Shown here one piece after another: positions 1 through 9,306 of a stretch of DNA of 64,000 nucleotides (positions are counted from its first letter, which is position 1; the number at the start of each line of letters is the position of its first letter). Source of the DNA: Candidatus Methanomethylicia archaeon (lineage in GTDB: Archaea; Thermoproteota; Methanomethylicia; CALHIW01). The stretch lies in assembly GCA_038845975.1 (NCBI GenBank), contig JAWBQF010000007.1, positions 1-64,000 on the forward strand, given 5' to 3'. Under the pieces are notes generated by a model, which was not told the DNA's origin, searched no databases, and was given only the letters and a program-made list of their open reading frames with translations. The position numbers and the translations under genes were made by a program.

Positions 1-114
1 TCCAACCGCGCGAAGAGCTAAACCGAAAGCAGCTGTAGTTTTACCTCTACCCTCACCAGTATAAACCTCAATCAAACCAATCCTACAGGGTTTTTTAATA
101 GATTGCATAAACAT
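1..114 (-). CDS. cobO: cob(I)alamin adenosyltransferase (CobO/BtuR family), N-terminal part; runs off the window edge
   Basis: Manual translation gives ...GLIEVYTGEGRGKTTAAFGLALRAVG, the CobA/BtuR P-loop signature; start at 114 or 108. Confidence 0.85.
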   Translation of the reverse strand, partial: MFMQSIKKPCRIGLIEVYTGEGRGKTTAAFGLALRAVG

Positions 115-198
115 CACTAATAGGCAAAGAATTTATAGAAAATAATACTACAAAAATAAAATCAGGCATATTCATATTGGGGTTTAAATATATAAAAA

Positions 199-1416
199 TT
201 AGTGATGTGTTTCTTTTAGTGGCGTAGAAACTTCTTTTTTAACTACTACTTCTGGTATAGGTATTTCTACAGTTGGATATATTGGGAATAGCTTTACTGC
301 TGCTGTATAGAATAGTAGAGTTAGTGCTATTAGACCTATGGTTATACCAGCTTCAATCCAAGTTGGATAGTAAATGCTTGAAGTAACCATGGAAGTTACT
401 ACTAGGTTCCATCTACTTATCACAGCTCCACCCATTAATGAAATGGAAGCTACAAATAATCCGATAACATTCCTCCTAATTTTAGGTACTGCAAGTAGGA
501 AAATAGGTATTAAACTACATAGCAATATCTCCATTAATACGAACTGGTTAACTAGTATTTGCTCAATACCTACTTTAAATGCTAATACGGACACTCTGAA
601 GTATAGGTATAGTATGGAGAAGAATAGGATCATTTTCACTAATATATTTATTGCATTTTTCTCTAGTGGTATTCTAAGAATTTTTGAGCTTATAATTGAC
701 TCAAAAATAACCATTCCTAATCCTCCTGCAACTGCTGATGTCCAGAATAGTACTGGTATAAACTCTGTCCACCATAGTGTATTGATCCTTACAGGTGTTA
801 CCAAGTATACTCCCCCTAAACCTGATTGATGCATTGTTGAAAGTATAGCTCCAGCAATTACTGCTATAACCACTAGATTTTTAGGTATTCTCGGTATCAG
901 CTTAAACTCTACATAATTACTTTCTCTCGCAATTGTACTAAACTCCACTAATAGACACATTAAATATATTGTTATGCAGATAACATTCTCCCACATTATT
1001 GAATGATGATTAGGTGAAATTAGGGTAATCCAGAACCTATCTGGTCGACCTATATCTATTATTAATGCTACGGTTCCAATAATGTATGCTATTAAGGCAC
1101 TTAGAACTGAGGGTCTAACCAACGACTCCAATTCATGAATTCCAAAACAGTAAACCGAAGCAGCAATTACAAAAGCTCCTGCTCCTAAAGCTATTGTTGC
1201 TAGAACATCTATACTAATCCATAAACCCCAAGGATATTCATTGCTTAGAGCAGTGATTAAAAGCCCTCTTGTAAATCTTAGATAAACTCCATATGCACCA
1301 ATTCCAATAAATATTGAAAGTACAGTTAGCCATGCTATGAGTCGCTTATTAGCTACTTTAATCTTTAGTTCTGGAGCAAGTATTTCCTCTAGAGTTTCAG
1401 GTTTGGCTTTACTCAT
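199..1416 (-). CDS. NrfD/HybB-family integral membrane subunit (HybB/HmcC-like)
   Basis: About 10 TM segments; YPWGLWI, DIGRP and LSTMHQSGLG motifs typical of HybB; overlaps the upstream Fe-S gene. Confidence 0.85.
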   Translation of the reverse strand: MSKAKPETLEEILAPELKIKVANKRLIAWLTVLSIFIGIGAYGVYLRFTRGLLITALSNEYPWGLWISIDVLATIALGAGAFVIAASVYCFGIHELESLVRPSVLSALIAYIIGTVALIIDIGRPDRFWITLISPNHHSIMWENVICITIYLMCLLVEFSTIARESNYVEFKLIPRIPKNLVVIAVIAGAILSTMHQSGLGGVYLVTPVRINTLWWTEFIPVLFWTSAVAGGLGMVIFESIISSKILRIPLEKNAINILVKMILFFSILYLYFRVSVLAFKVGIEQILVNQFVLMEILLCSLIPIFLLAVPKIRRNVIGLFVASISLMGGAVISRWNLVVTSMVTSSIYYPTWIEAGITIGLIALTLLFYTAAVKLFPIYPTVEIPIPEVVVKKEVSTPLKETHH

Positions 1417-2275
1417 AAATCACCCTCCTTTTCTTATTCAATCTTTCATTGTATAGATAAGCTCCTCCTAGAAGTAGGATTCCAATAGTAATTATTGATG
1501 GAACAGCATACTTAAACCAGTTCTCAGTAATTGAGGGTAAGCTGTATTCAGGCAGTTTAGGAAAGCCTAATAGTTCAAAGGGCACATCGGATATATATAG
1601 TATAGAAGTTCCTCCAACCTCTGATTCGCCATATACATGTTTAACGTATTTTTCATTATTATTTATTCTTCTCCATGCCTCCTCAATTAGTTCCTTACGT
1701 TTACCGAACTTTATGGCATTTGTTGGACATACTGATGCACATGCTGGCTGAATACCCTTCTCTAATCTATTAAGGCATAAAGTACACTTAGCTACAATTG
1801 CTAATTGTTTATCCCATTGAAATCTCGGTATTTTAAATGGGCATGCAACCATGCAATATCTACAACCAACACATTTAGATTCATCAACAACTACAGCTCC
1901 AGTCTCTGTTTTCCTCATCGCGCCAACAGTACATGCAGCTACGCATGCTGGATCAATACAATGCATACACTGTATTTTAACAAATCTGTATTTATCACCT
2001 ATCCTTCTTGTGAATACGTTTGTAAATCTTGTTGAGCTTAAATCTAAGCTTGCTCTAGGTATGTTTTCACTTTCAACTGGTAGATTGTTTGCTATCTTAC
2101 ATGCAACGTAGCATGACCCGCACCCAATACATTTTGTAACATCAATAAGCATCCCATAGCTATCTAATTCCTCCACTCTAGTAGGGTAAGTTTTATTTAT
2201 ACTATTGAACATAGATAGAACCGCTATACTTGATGAAAAAAATAATGATGATTTAAGGAATTCTCTTCTATTCAT
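1409..2275 (-). CDS. Tat-exported 4x[4Fe-4S] subunit with C-terminal TM anchor (HybA/HmcB-like)
   Basis: MNRREFLK Tat motif; CIGCGSC..C, CMHC..PACV..C, CVGCRYC..CP, CTLC..PAC..CP; GESEVGGT motif; C-terminal helix. Confidence 0.88.
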   Translation of the reverse strand: MNRREFLKSSLFFSSSIAVLSMFNSINKTYPTRVEELDSYGMLIDVTKCIGCGSCYVACKIANNLPVESENIPRASLDLSSTRFTNVFTRRIGDKYRFVKIQCMHCIDPACVAACTVGAMRKTETGAVVVDESKCVGCRYCMVACPFKIPRFQWDKQLAIVAKCTLCLNRLEKGIQPACASVCPTNAIKFGKRKELIEEAWRRINNNEKYVKHVYGESEVGGTSILYISDVPFELLGFPKLPEYSLPSITENWFKYAVPSIITIGILLLGGAYLYNERLNKKRRVIYE

Positions 2276-2284
2276 TTAGATCAC

Positions 2285-2593
2285 CTAGTTATCTTGCTTC
2301 TTTTCACTCGGAACAGGTAATACTTCTTCTGTTAGTATTATTGGAGGACTTATCCTAATCATTGCGGTCTTTTCCTTATAGAACATATAGGATAATTCAA
2401 ATGCTGTATAGCATGATATTATTAGGAAGACCACTATGAAAACTGCTACTAACTGTGGAATTCCTACACCTAAAGCTAACATTAAGAATCCAGAAATAGC
2501 TAAAGCTGTTAAGCGTAATTTTATATTTGTACTATAATCTGTAGTTATGAATTTCTCTTTATTTTTACTAGTATTTATCTCCACAGTTCCCAC
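2285..2593 (-). CDS. Small 2-TM hypothetical protein, first gene of the hybAB-like operon; paralog of 11252..11548
   Basis: Two hydrophobic segments; GAGGTG SD (start may be GTG at 2584); shares an SC..(F/I)(E/D)LxYxFxKxKxAM..PPI..EE tail with its paralog. Confidence 0.7.
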   Translation of the reverse strand: MGTVEINTSKNKEKFITTDYSTNIKLRLTALAISGFLMLALGVGIPQLVAVFIVVFLIISCYTAFELSYMFYKEKTAMIRISPPIILTEEVLPVPSEKKQDN

Positions 2594-2894
2594 CTCAATA
2601 GTATTTACAAAAGGTAAAAAATATATATTATGTTTATTTTTTATATATTAATCTTTACAATAAATATTTAATCATTTAAATACATGTTTTCAGACTTTAT
2701 GAGATTTAGAGTAGTTAATAAGCTGAGTGGAGTGTTTAGAATAACATTCAGCTTTAAGTAGTTTAGCAAGCAATTACATTACTAAATATTAGAGACTTTA
2801 ACTCTTACAGTATTCTTGTACTCATAATCACTTGTCAATACTCATAAGAAAGACTGTTAGAAATATTTAAATTTAAAAGGTTGTAGGAGTTAAT

Positions 2895-3452
2895 TCATGA
2901 TGATTTTCTTTTACCTTTATTTAAGTCATTTAGGGCTTTCTCTCTCCATTTAAGCCATTCAAGAACAATTACATTATATACAAACTGATTTACAGTTATT
3001 CCCCTCTCGTCAGCTAGCCTCTTAAGTACTTCATATACACTTCTACTTATGGATATTGTTTCCCTTTTTTGATCGTTGTTTCCATTATAATATTTTTCTT
3101 TAGAGTTTTCAAGCCTAACTATTACTGCACCAGGATATGGCTGAATATAAGTTAATGCTTGATAAAAACTACATAAGCTAAGTAGAAACATAAATAATGA
3201 TATGAATATTAAAAATAATTTTAAACTATAGTATACATGATCACCTAAAGGTATTTCCTTAGTTATAAAGCTTAGTATTGCTACGGAAAGTAGAATAGGA
3301 GGAATGAGGAAAAGCCTTTTCCATGCTTTTTCAAATGGTGTCCTCTTAAAAAATCTTACAAATAAAACAGCTAATACTATGATGGATATAGATAAAGGTA
3401 TAGACATTAAAGTTAATACTATATCTATGGAATTTATAATAAATTCAAACAT
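2895..3452 (-). CDS. Membrane-anchored ribbon-helix-helix (CopG/Arc-like) protein
   Basis: 3 TM segments then RETISISRSVYEVLKRLADERGITVNQFV (RHH pattern); start placed at MFE by comparison with paralog 39112..39651. Confidence 0.72.
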   Translation of the reverse strand: MFEFIINSIDIVLTLMSIPLSISIIVLAVLFVRFFKRTPFEKAWKRLFLIPPILLSVAILSFITKEIPLGDHVYYSLKLFLIFISLFMFLLSLCSFYQALTYIQPYPGAVIVRLENSKEKYYNGNNDQKRETISISRSVYEVLKRLADERGITVNQFVYNVIVLEWLKWREKALNDLNKGKRKSS

Positions 3453-4069
3453 ATCAATATTATTTTCTGAAAAATAATTATAAAATTTTATAATATACAA
3501 CTTTTACTTTTTTTAAAAAATAAAAATAGTATATACTTTTCTTCTTTTATAAATACTAGTATATAATTTCATTCATGCAAAGAACTTTTTTACTGCCGAC
3601 TCATTCTCTTACATAGCTTAACATTGTAAATGTGGGTTCCTACTACTTCTAGAATTCACGGAACTTTATCTCTATACCTAATTAACGATAGCTTACTCCC
3701 TGTCTACTCCATATGTAACATCCCATAGGGCTTCCTAGGTTTATTAAGCATATCCAAAGTTATTAAATCTTCAGAAGCGTACTCGTTGCCTGACTAACAT
3801 TACTCTTAAGGGCATAGAGTCACACTTACAACAACATGCATCTATGAATTCTCACAGCTTATTAATTCCTCTTTTAGTTTCTATTACTATGGATATAGGT
3901 TTAATGCTAGATTTTACCTTCTAATCCATGAATGGCCCGTGGAACTATATCGTTAAGTTAAGCCTAAACTCTATGGGCTACTATATGCTGACTTGATAGT
4001 ATCAAATTATTAAACCAGACTGTCTTCACTTATTTAAGCTTCATCAATTCCCCTAAACTTAAAAGCTAT

Positions 4070-4630
4070 GGCTTTGTTAACTTAAGCATGTTTTATCACC
4101 TCTATTTTTGGTATTATGTTTTCTATGAATTCTCTAGCTTTTATTTTCCTGTTAATCCATGTTTGTTTAGTATGTATATTATTGATTTTATAAGCATTAA
4201 TGCATGCTCATTATCGCATTTATCCTTCATGCACGGTATATAGTTATCGAATAGCTTAGTTCTATCCTATATAAGCATGTTGCAACATCACAAACCCATA
4301 TGTAGAGAATTCTCCTCAATAATGGCTCGAATGCAACATAAACAACCTTACTCTTAGAACCTACACTAATAATAGTATCATCAACATAAATTCTAACATC
4401 CCTCCTATCAAATTCAAATAGGAAGCTTAAGATAAACCATAATATGGATACATAACCTAAAACAATAAACTAAATATCTGAAGCCATCCTAGAAGAACGA
4501 AAATATATATAAGCACCATAAACAATTAAAGTAAATGGAGTTCTCTCCCTAACAAATCTAACAACTTTAGACATACTAACACCATAAATAAGGGAGAGAA
4601 CTCCCAAATAAATCTAAAGTTAACAAAGCC
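4070..4630 (-). mobile_element. Internally deleted IS6-family element (MITE-like)
   Basis: Terminal inverted repeats GGCTTTGTTAACTT / AAGTTAACAAAGCC; 8-bp target duplication AAAGCTAT (4062-4069, 4631-4638); minus-strand fragment VDDTIISVGSKSKVVYVAFEPLLRRILYIWV resembles the IS6 DDE core. Confidence 0.8.
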
Positions 4631-4717
4631 AAAGCTATAGTAGAAGTATTTATGAATAAGTTAGACATACTTAATTAAACCATAAAGCTTATAAAATTAT
4701 TATAGTTAAGATAATGT

Positions 4718-6832
4718 ATGAGAGGTATAATAGTATTAATGTTGATGTTAGTATTCATTATTTCCTTAAGCCCTAAACAGCTAAAAGCTGAAACATATAG
4801 TTTAACTATATATGCTCCTCAGGGAGTAAATATATTTATTTCAGGAGTAGGCTCAAAAACTGTAGGTACCTCAGGCTATGTAAGGTTTGAAGGGTTACTA
4901 CGTGGAGAGGTATATGTTGTTTCAGCATCTTCAAGTATAGTTATAGATGGTATTACATATTACTTCTCATATTGGAGCATGGATATTACATCAAGAAGTA
5001 ATCCTATAGAGATAACTATCTGGCATGATATGGAGATAAAAGCAAACTATGGAAGGTATAAGTTAACAGTTAAGCTATTAAAGATTGGGGATAAAAGCCT
5101 ACCTACAGATACTAAAAATCAGGCATATATAGAAATTGATGGGTGGAAAGCTACTGGGGTTTATGAAGACTACTTATATGTTGATAAGGGAACATATACT
5201 ATCAAAGTTGCAGAAACACTCTATATAAATCCTCAAAGCAGATACTTAATACAGGAGTGGAGTGATGGGAAGTATGGTTCAAGTAGAACTGTTAGCGTGA
5301 GTGGAGATAAAACTCTTAAAGCATATTATAAGCTACAATATTATCTTAATGTTTCATCTCCATACGGTATTCCAAGCGGTGGTGGATGGCATGATGAGGG
5401 AGTTAAAGTATCCTTTAGTATATCTTCACCAGTATACGGTGGATGGGGGGTAAGATATGTTTGTATAGGATATAGTATTGGTAATGTATTGTATAGCGGA
5501 TCAAGTGGAACTGTAACTATGAATTCTCCATATACAGTATATTTTCAATGGAAGACACAATACATACTCAATATAGTTTCAAATCCACCAGGTGTTATAG
5601 CAGGATTAGAATCTAAGTGGTATGATTCAGGAAGTATAGCTTCAGTTTCAGTACCAAGTACTATCTATGCAAATCCAAGTACTAAATATGTCTTTACAGG
5701 TTGGAGTGGAGATCTTACTGCTACATCTCCAGAAGAAAATGTAGTAATGGATAAGGCAAAGACAATAATTGCCAACTATAAAACCCAGTATGCTGTAGAT
5801 ATTAAAGTCGTTGGACGTGAAGCCCCTGCCTCACTAAATTTAGTGGTTAACGGGGAAAGCATTACAGCTAGCATCGGACATCACTACGTTAAATGGATTG
5901 ATGCGGACCAAACACTCACAATATCAGTTCCAGTAACCATTGATGTAAAGCCAGATACAAGATATAGGTTTAAGCAATGGATTGGAGGCTACATAGGGGA
6001 AAATTCTACAATTAATGTTAAAGTTGATAGCCCAATAATTATTGCTGCCTTATACGAGTTAGAGTTTAAGGTTACAGTAGAATCACAATATGGAGTAGCT
6101 AATGGTAGTGGATGGTATAGTAGAGGGACAGCAGCTAGTATAAGTATAGACCCGATAGTTACAGTAGCTAAGGGAGTTAGAGAAGTTTTCAAGGGATGGA
6201 GTATAGATGTTAATACACCCAGGACCAGTATAACTGTTAATCAACCATTAATCATTAAGGCTCAATGGAGTGAACAGTATAGCGTAAGATTTAAGTTCAA
6301 AGACTTCCAGGAGAGAATCATAATACCTAAGTACATAATTATTCAAGCATCTAATAACTCAAAAGTTATCTTATCAAACTATGATGGAGTATGGCTTGAC
6401 AAAGGCGTACATAAACTTGAATCTGTAGTTCTAGACGGAGTTAACATATTAGCAGAGACAGTAATTCTTAATATTTCATCACCGTTAGAAGTTATTGTTA
6501 AGTGTAAAGTATATGATGTTGAAGTAAACGTTAAGGATATTTTAGGACTTCCAATCTCGAACTGTTCAATATCAATAATATTTATAAATGGAACAAGAAT
6601 AAGTAAGACTGCAGACTATAATGGAGTAACTAGATTTCTAGGATTACCAGAGGGATTCTACACATTAATAGCCTCCCATCTAGAGGAGAAGATAGTGGTG
6701 TTTAATGCAGCTGATAGAAGAGTTAATGTAGTAATGACGTTTAGCTGGCCATTAATTACAATCATAACAATCATAGCTACAGCTATAATTATAGCTGTAG
6801 TAGTTACATTGAGGAGAAGGAGTAAACGCTAA
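4718..6832 (+). CDS. Secreted, C-terminally membrane-anchored surface protein with tandem beta-rich repeats (InlB-B/PEGA-like)
   Basis: Signal peptide; repeated Y.F..W.G...P..I.A.Y/W..QY.L.V.S..G...G.GWY units; C-terminal TM plus RRRSKR. Confidence 0.75.
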   Translation: MRGIIVLMLMLVFIISLSPKQLKAETYSLTIYAPQGVNIFISGVGSKTVGTSGYVRFEGLLRGEVYVVSASSSIVIDGITYYFSYWSMDITSRSNPIEITIWHDMEIKANYGRYKLTVKLLKIGDKSLPTDTKNQAYIEIDGWKATGVYEDYLYVDKGTYTIKVAETLYINPQSRYLIQEWSDGKYGSSRTVSVSGDKTLKAYYKLQYYLNVSSPYGIPSGGGWHDEGVKVSFSISSPVYGGWGVRYVCIGYSIGNVLYSGSSGTVTMNSPYTVYFQWKTQYILNIVSNPPGVIAGLESKWYDSGSIASVSVPSTIYANPSTKYVFTGWSGDLTATSPEENVVMDKAKTIIANYKTQYAVDIKVVGREAPASLNLVVNGESITASIGHHYVKWIDADQTLTISVPVTIDVKPDTRYRFKQWIGGYIGENSTINVKVDSPIIIAALYELEFKVTVESQYGVANGSGWYSRGTAASISIDPIVTVAKGVREVFKGWSIDVNTPRTSITVNQPLIIKAQWSEQYSVRFKFKDFQERIIIPKYIIIQASNNSKVILSNYDGVWLDKGVHKLESVVLDGVNILAETVILNISSPLEVIVKCKVYDVEVNVKDILGLPISNCSISIIFINGTRISKTADYNGVTRFLGLPEGFYTLIASHLEEKIVVFNAADRRVNVVMTFSWPLITIITIIATAIIIAVVVTLRRRSKR

Positions 6833-6899
6833 ATTACAGTATTACTAAAACTAAGTTTAGAAACAGTTAAAAATCTTAAAACTAAACTTTCAGAGAGCT

Positions 6900-7241
6900 A
6901 TGAGAAGTAAGGCTAGTGAATTTGGAAAACTAATATTTGAAGCACTAAACACCTATAACTCAATAGATAGCATAATAAGAGAAACACATAGAAACATTAA
7001 ATATCTAGGAGAAATAACAGGTAGGAATAGTATAAGTGATAAATTCATAAAGGCAGGTGTTTTCTGCATGGCTGGCATACCTGAACCAGTTATGAGCAAC
7101 ATCATAGGAGCTACATTAATAGCTACTGGAGCATACATAAGGAGAAAAGAAATAAATCTAGGAGAATTACCTAAAACACTAAGCAAACACAATATTGAAT
7201 TGGAGAAAATTAGAAAAACATTACATGAATTGAAAGTATAG
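6900..7241 (+). CDS. Hypothetical protein with a hydrophobic hairpin
   Basis: Clean 113-aa ORF; IKAGVFCMAGIPEPVMSNIIGATLIATG segment. Confidence 0.6.
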   Translation: MRSKASEFGKLIFEALNTYNSIDSIIRETHRNIKYLGEITGRNSISDKFIKAGVFCMAGIPEPVMSNIIGATLIATGAYIRRKEINLGELPKTLSKHNIELEKIRKTLHELKV

Positions 7242-7265
7242 TAATAAGCTATTACTATTTGATCT

Positions 7266-7312
7266 CCTATAAGTGTCTCTACAGCAGGCTTTACCGTCTT
7301 CCTACGTATATT
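7266..7312. repeat. Exact 47-bp copy of phoU-regulator coding sequence 8069..8115
   Basis: CCTATAAGTGTCTCTACAGCAGGCTTTACCGTCTTCCTACGTATATT occurs at both positions in the same orientation. Confidence 0.92.
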
Positions 7313-7401
7313 ATAATAGTATTTAAATAATGAGAATGGAAAGAAGTAATTTTATGAATTAAAAAATAAAATAACCGTAAGCAGATTAACTTGGAAAATA
7401 A

Positions 7402-7812
7402 TTAAACACTTCTTTTAGAGCCTTTTTTAAACTGTTTACTTTTAACTACTTCCTCCTCTTCAGTTACTAGTTCAGGAGCTTCAATTTCAATGGTTTTAGG
7501 CCTGTATTTAGTAAGTAATGTAAGTTTTAATGATTTAATCCATGACTTATCTACAAGAACCCTCATTCCAGGCTTAAAACCTCCTTCAAGCATTTTATCA
7601 CGTGAAATTCTAATAATTCCTAAGCCTTCATCCTCCGGATTGGCTTTCTCAACTTTAGCCCTTATCTGTGATGGGGAGAAGCTAGGGCTAAAAACATCAA
7701 CTTCATCACCAGGCTTAACTCCAAGATATTTCATAGTGGCCTCATCAAGTCTAACACATTTTAAATCACCATTAATAGGCTCTGCAACTATAAGTTCAAC
7801 CCTACCTCCCAC
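7402..7812 (-). CDS. Stand-alone double-psi beta-barrel protein (CDC48/VAT N-domain-like)
   Basis: Two half-repeats VRLDEATMKYLGVKPGDEVDV and IIRISRDKMLEGGFKPGMRVLV; SD GGTGA; no ATPase domain. Confidence 0.68.
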   Translation of the reverse strand: MGGRVELIVAEPINGDLKCVRLDEATMKYLGVKPGDEVDVFSPSFSPSQIRAKVEKANPEDEGLGIIRISRDKMLEGGFKPGMRVLVDKSWIKSLKLTLLTKYRPKTIEIEAPELVTEEEEVVKSKQFKKGSKRSV

Positions 7813-7893
7813 TCACTCACCTATATATAATATAGGTGATGCTTTATAAATATGTAGTGTTAGTATTGTAAAAATAAATATATTCGATAAAGA

Positions 7894-8970
7894 CTAAAAA
7901 CTATGTGTTTCTTCATATACTTCACAGAGCTTACTTGATTTTTCAAGGGCACGATTTATTGCTACCTCAGCTATTTCTTTACAGATATCAGCAACCCTTC
8001 CCATATTCCATACTACATCGCTTAAAAAAACTGCAATACAGGAGTCAGGTATTTTGGTTATGACTTCACCTATAAGTGTCTCTACAGCAGGCTTTACCGT
8101 CTTCCTACGTATATTTATAACTGAAGTCGCAAGCTTAATATCCCCTGTGAGAAGTGCTTCAATAGCTTTATGAGTTAAATCATAAATCTGCTCATTAAGA
8201 CTAGATATTTTATCAATTAATACCTTATCGTCCACTTTACCTTTTGTCGAGCATTCCCTCATCTTTATACAGTCCTCAGCAATATTGCAGGCCAGGTCAG
8301 CCATATGCTCAAGCCTTTGAGCTACAGCTCTATTACCAGCAATATGTCTAAGATCTCTTATACCGATTTTATCAGCAATGCTTCTATCATATATTGATGA
8401 AAGTAGAAGCCTTACTGTAAGCCAATACATCATATCAGCTTCATCTTCTCTCTTCATAACCTCAGTAGCTAAGTCATAGTCGGAATCAATAAGTGCTTGT
8501 ACAGCCTCCTTATACATTATAGATGAAATAACATAAAGTCTCCTCATAACAGTATTTATTGGGAATTTTGAGGGATCTATAGCACATTGTAGAATAATTT
8601 GTGTAGGTGTTTCCTCAACAATTCCAATACCGATAAGTCTTTTTACAATTCTACGAATTTCCTCAACATGTGAGGGTTTAATTCTTCCAGAAGCAATAAT
8701 TCTAATAACATCCCTACCTAAAACATAGTTTCCAACAATAACTCTCTCTAACATTCCAGGTTCATCACATGCTATAGCATTAATTATAGCCTCCTTAACT
8801 CCCTCCTCTCTTTTAGCTAGCTTACTAGGTATGATTCTAAGGCTTCCATCTTCACCTCTAATGAAAACTATTTCATCTCCCTTCTTAAGCCCTACCTCCT
8901 CAATCCAACTGTGAGGAAGAGAAACTGCTAATGATGAGTATCCTACCTTTTGGATTTTTCGGCTCTCCAT
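7894..8970 (-). CDS. AbrB-PhoU phosphate uptake regulator family protein
   Basis: MESRKIQKVGYSSLAVSLP N-terminal AbrB domain followed by two PhoU domains; start trimmed to 8970. Confidence 0.88.
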   Translation of the reverse strand: MESRKIQKVGYSSLAVSLPHSWIEEVGLKKGDEIVFIRGEDGSLRIIPSKLAKREEGVKEAIINAIACDEPGMLERVIVGNYVLGRDVIRIIASGRIKPSHVEEIRRIVKRLIGIGIVEETPTQIILQCAIDPSKFPINTVMRRLYVISSIMYKEAVQALIDSDYDLATEVMKREDEADMMYWLTVRLLLSSIYDRSIADKIGIRDLRHIAGNRAVAQRLEHMADLACNIAEDCIKMRECSTKGKVDDKVLIDKISSLNEQIYDLTHKAIEALLTGDIKLATSVINIRRKTVKPAVETLIGEVITKIPDSCIAVFLSDVVWNMGRVADICKEIAEVAINRALEKSSKLCEVYEETHSF

Positions 8971-9306
8971 AATAATATACTGTAAATACAGATATTTAAA
9001 TATATATTTAGATAATTCTATATTCTTTATTATTAAAGTAAATTTAAAGTAGAACATTACTTATGATTCTAAAATATATAGATTATATAAATCTATAAAG
9101 CATCACTACATAAATTGCTAGAATTACATGTTGTATTACAACGATATAAAAGTTGCAATTACTATACTGATAGCGTTTACAAATATTATTGAGGTTTGGT
9201 AAAAAGCATTTTAAGCCCATAGAGTTATTTAGAGGAATCCGATATGGGCATATGAGATAATGGTAAGGATCTAAATAGTTAAAAATCGTTATTGATTAAA
9301 TTACTT

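Noticed and set aside
111-208. 11-bp inverted repeat ACATCACTAAT / ATTAGTGATGT
   Set aside because: Both arms overlap gene ends; short and probably coincidental
7266-8115. DGR template/variable repeat or CRISPR spacer
   Set aside because: No adenine-specific mismatches, no reverse transcriptase and no flanking repeats
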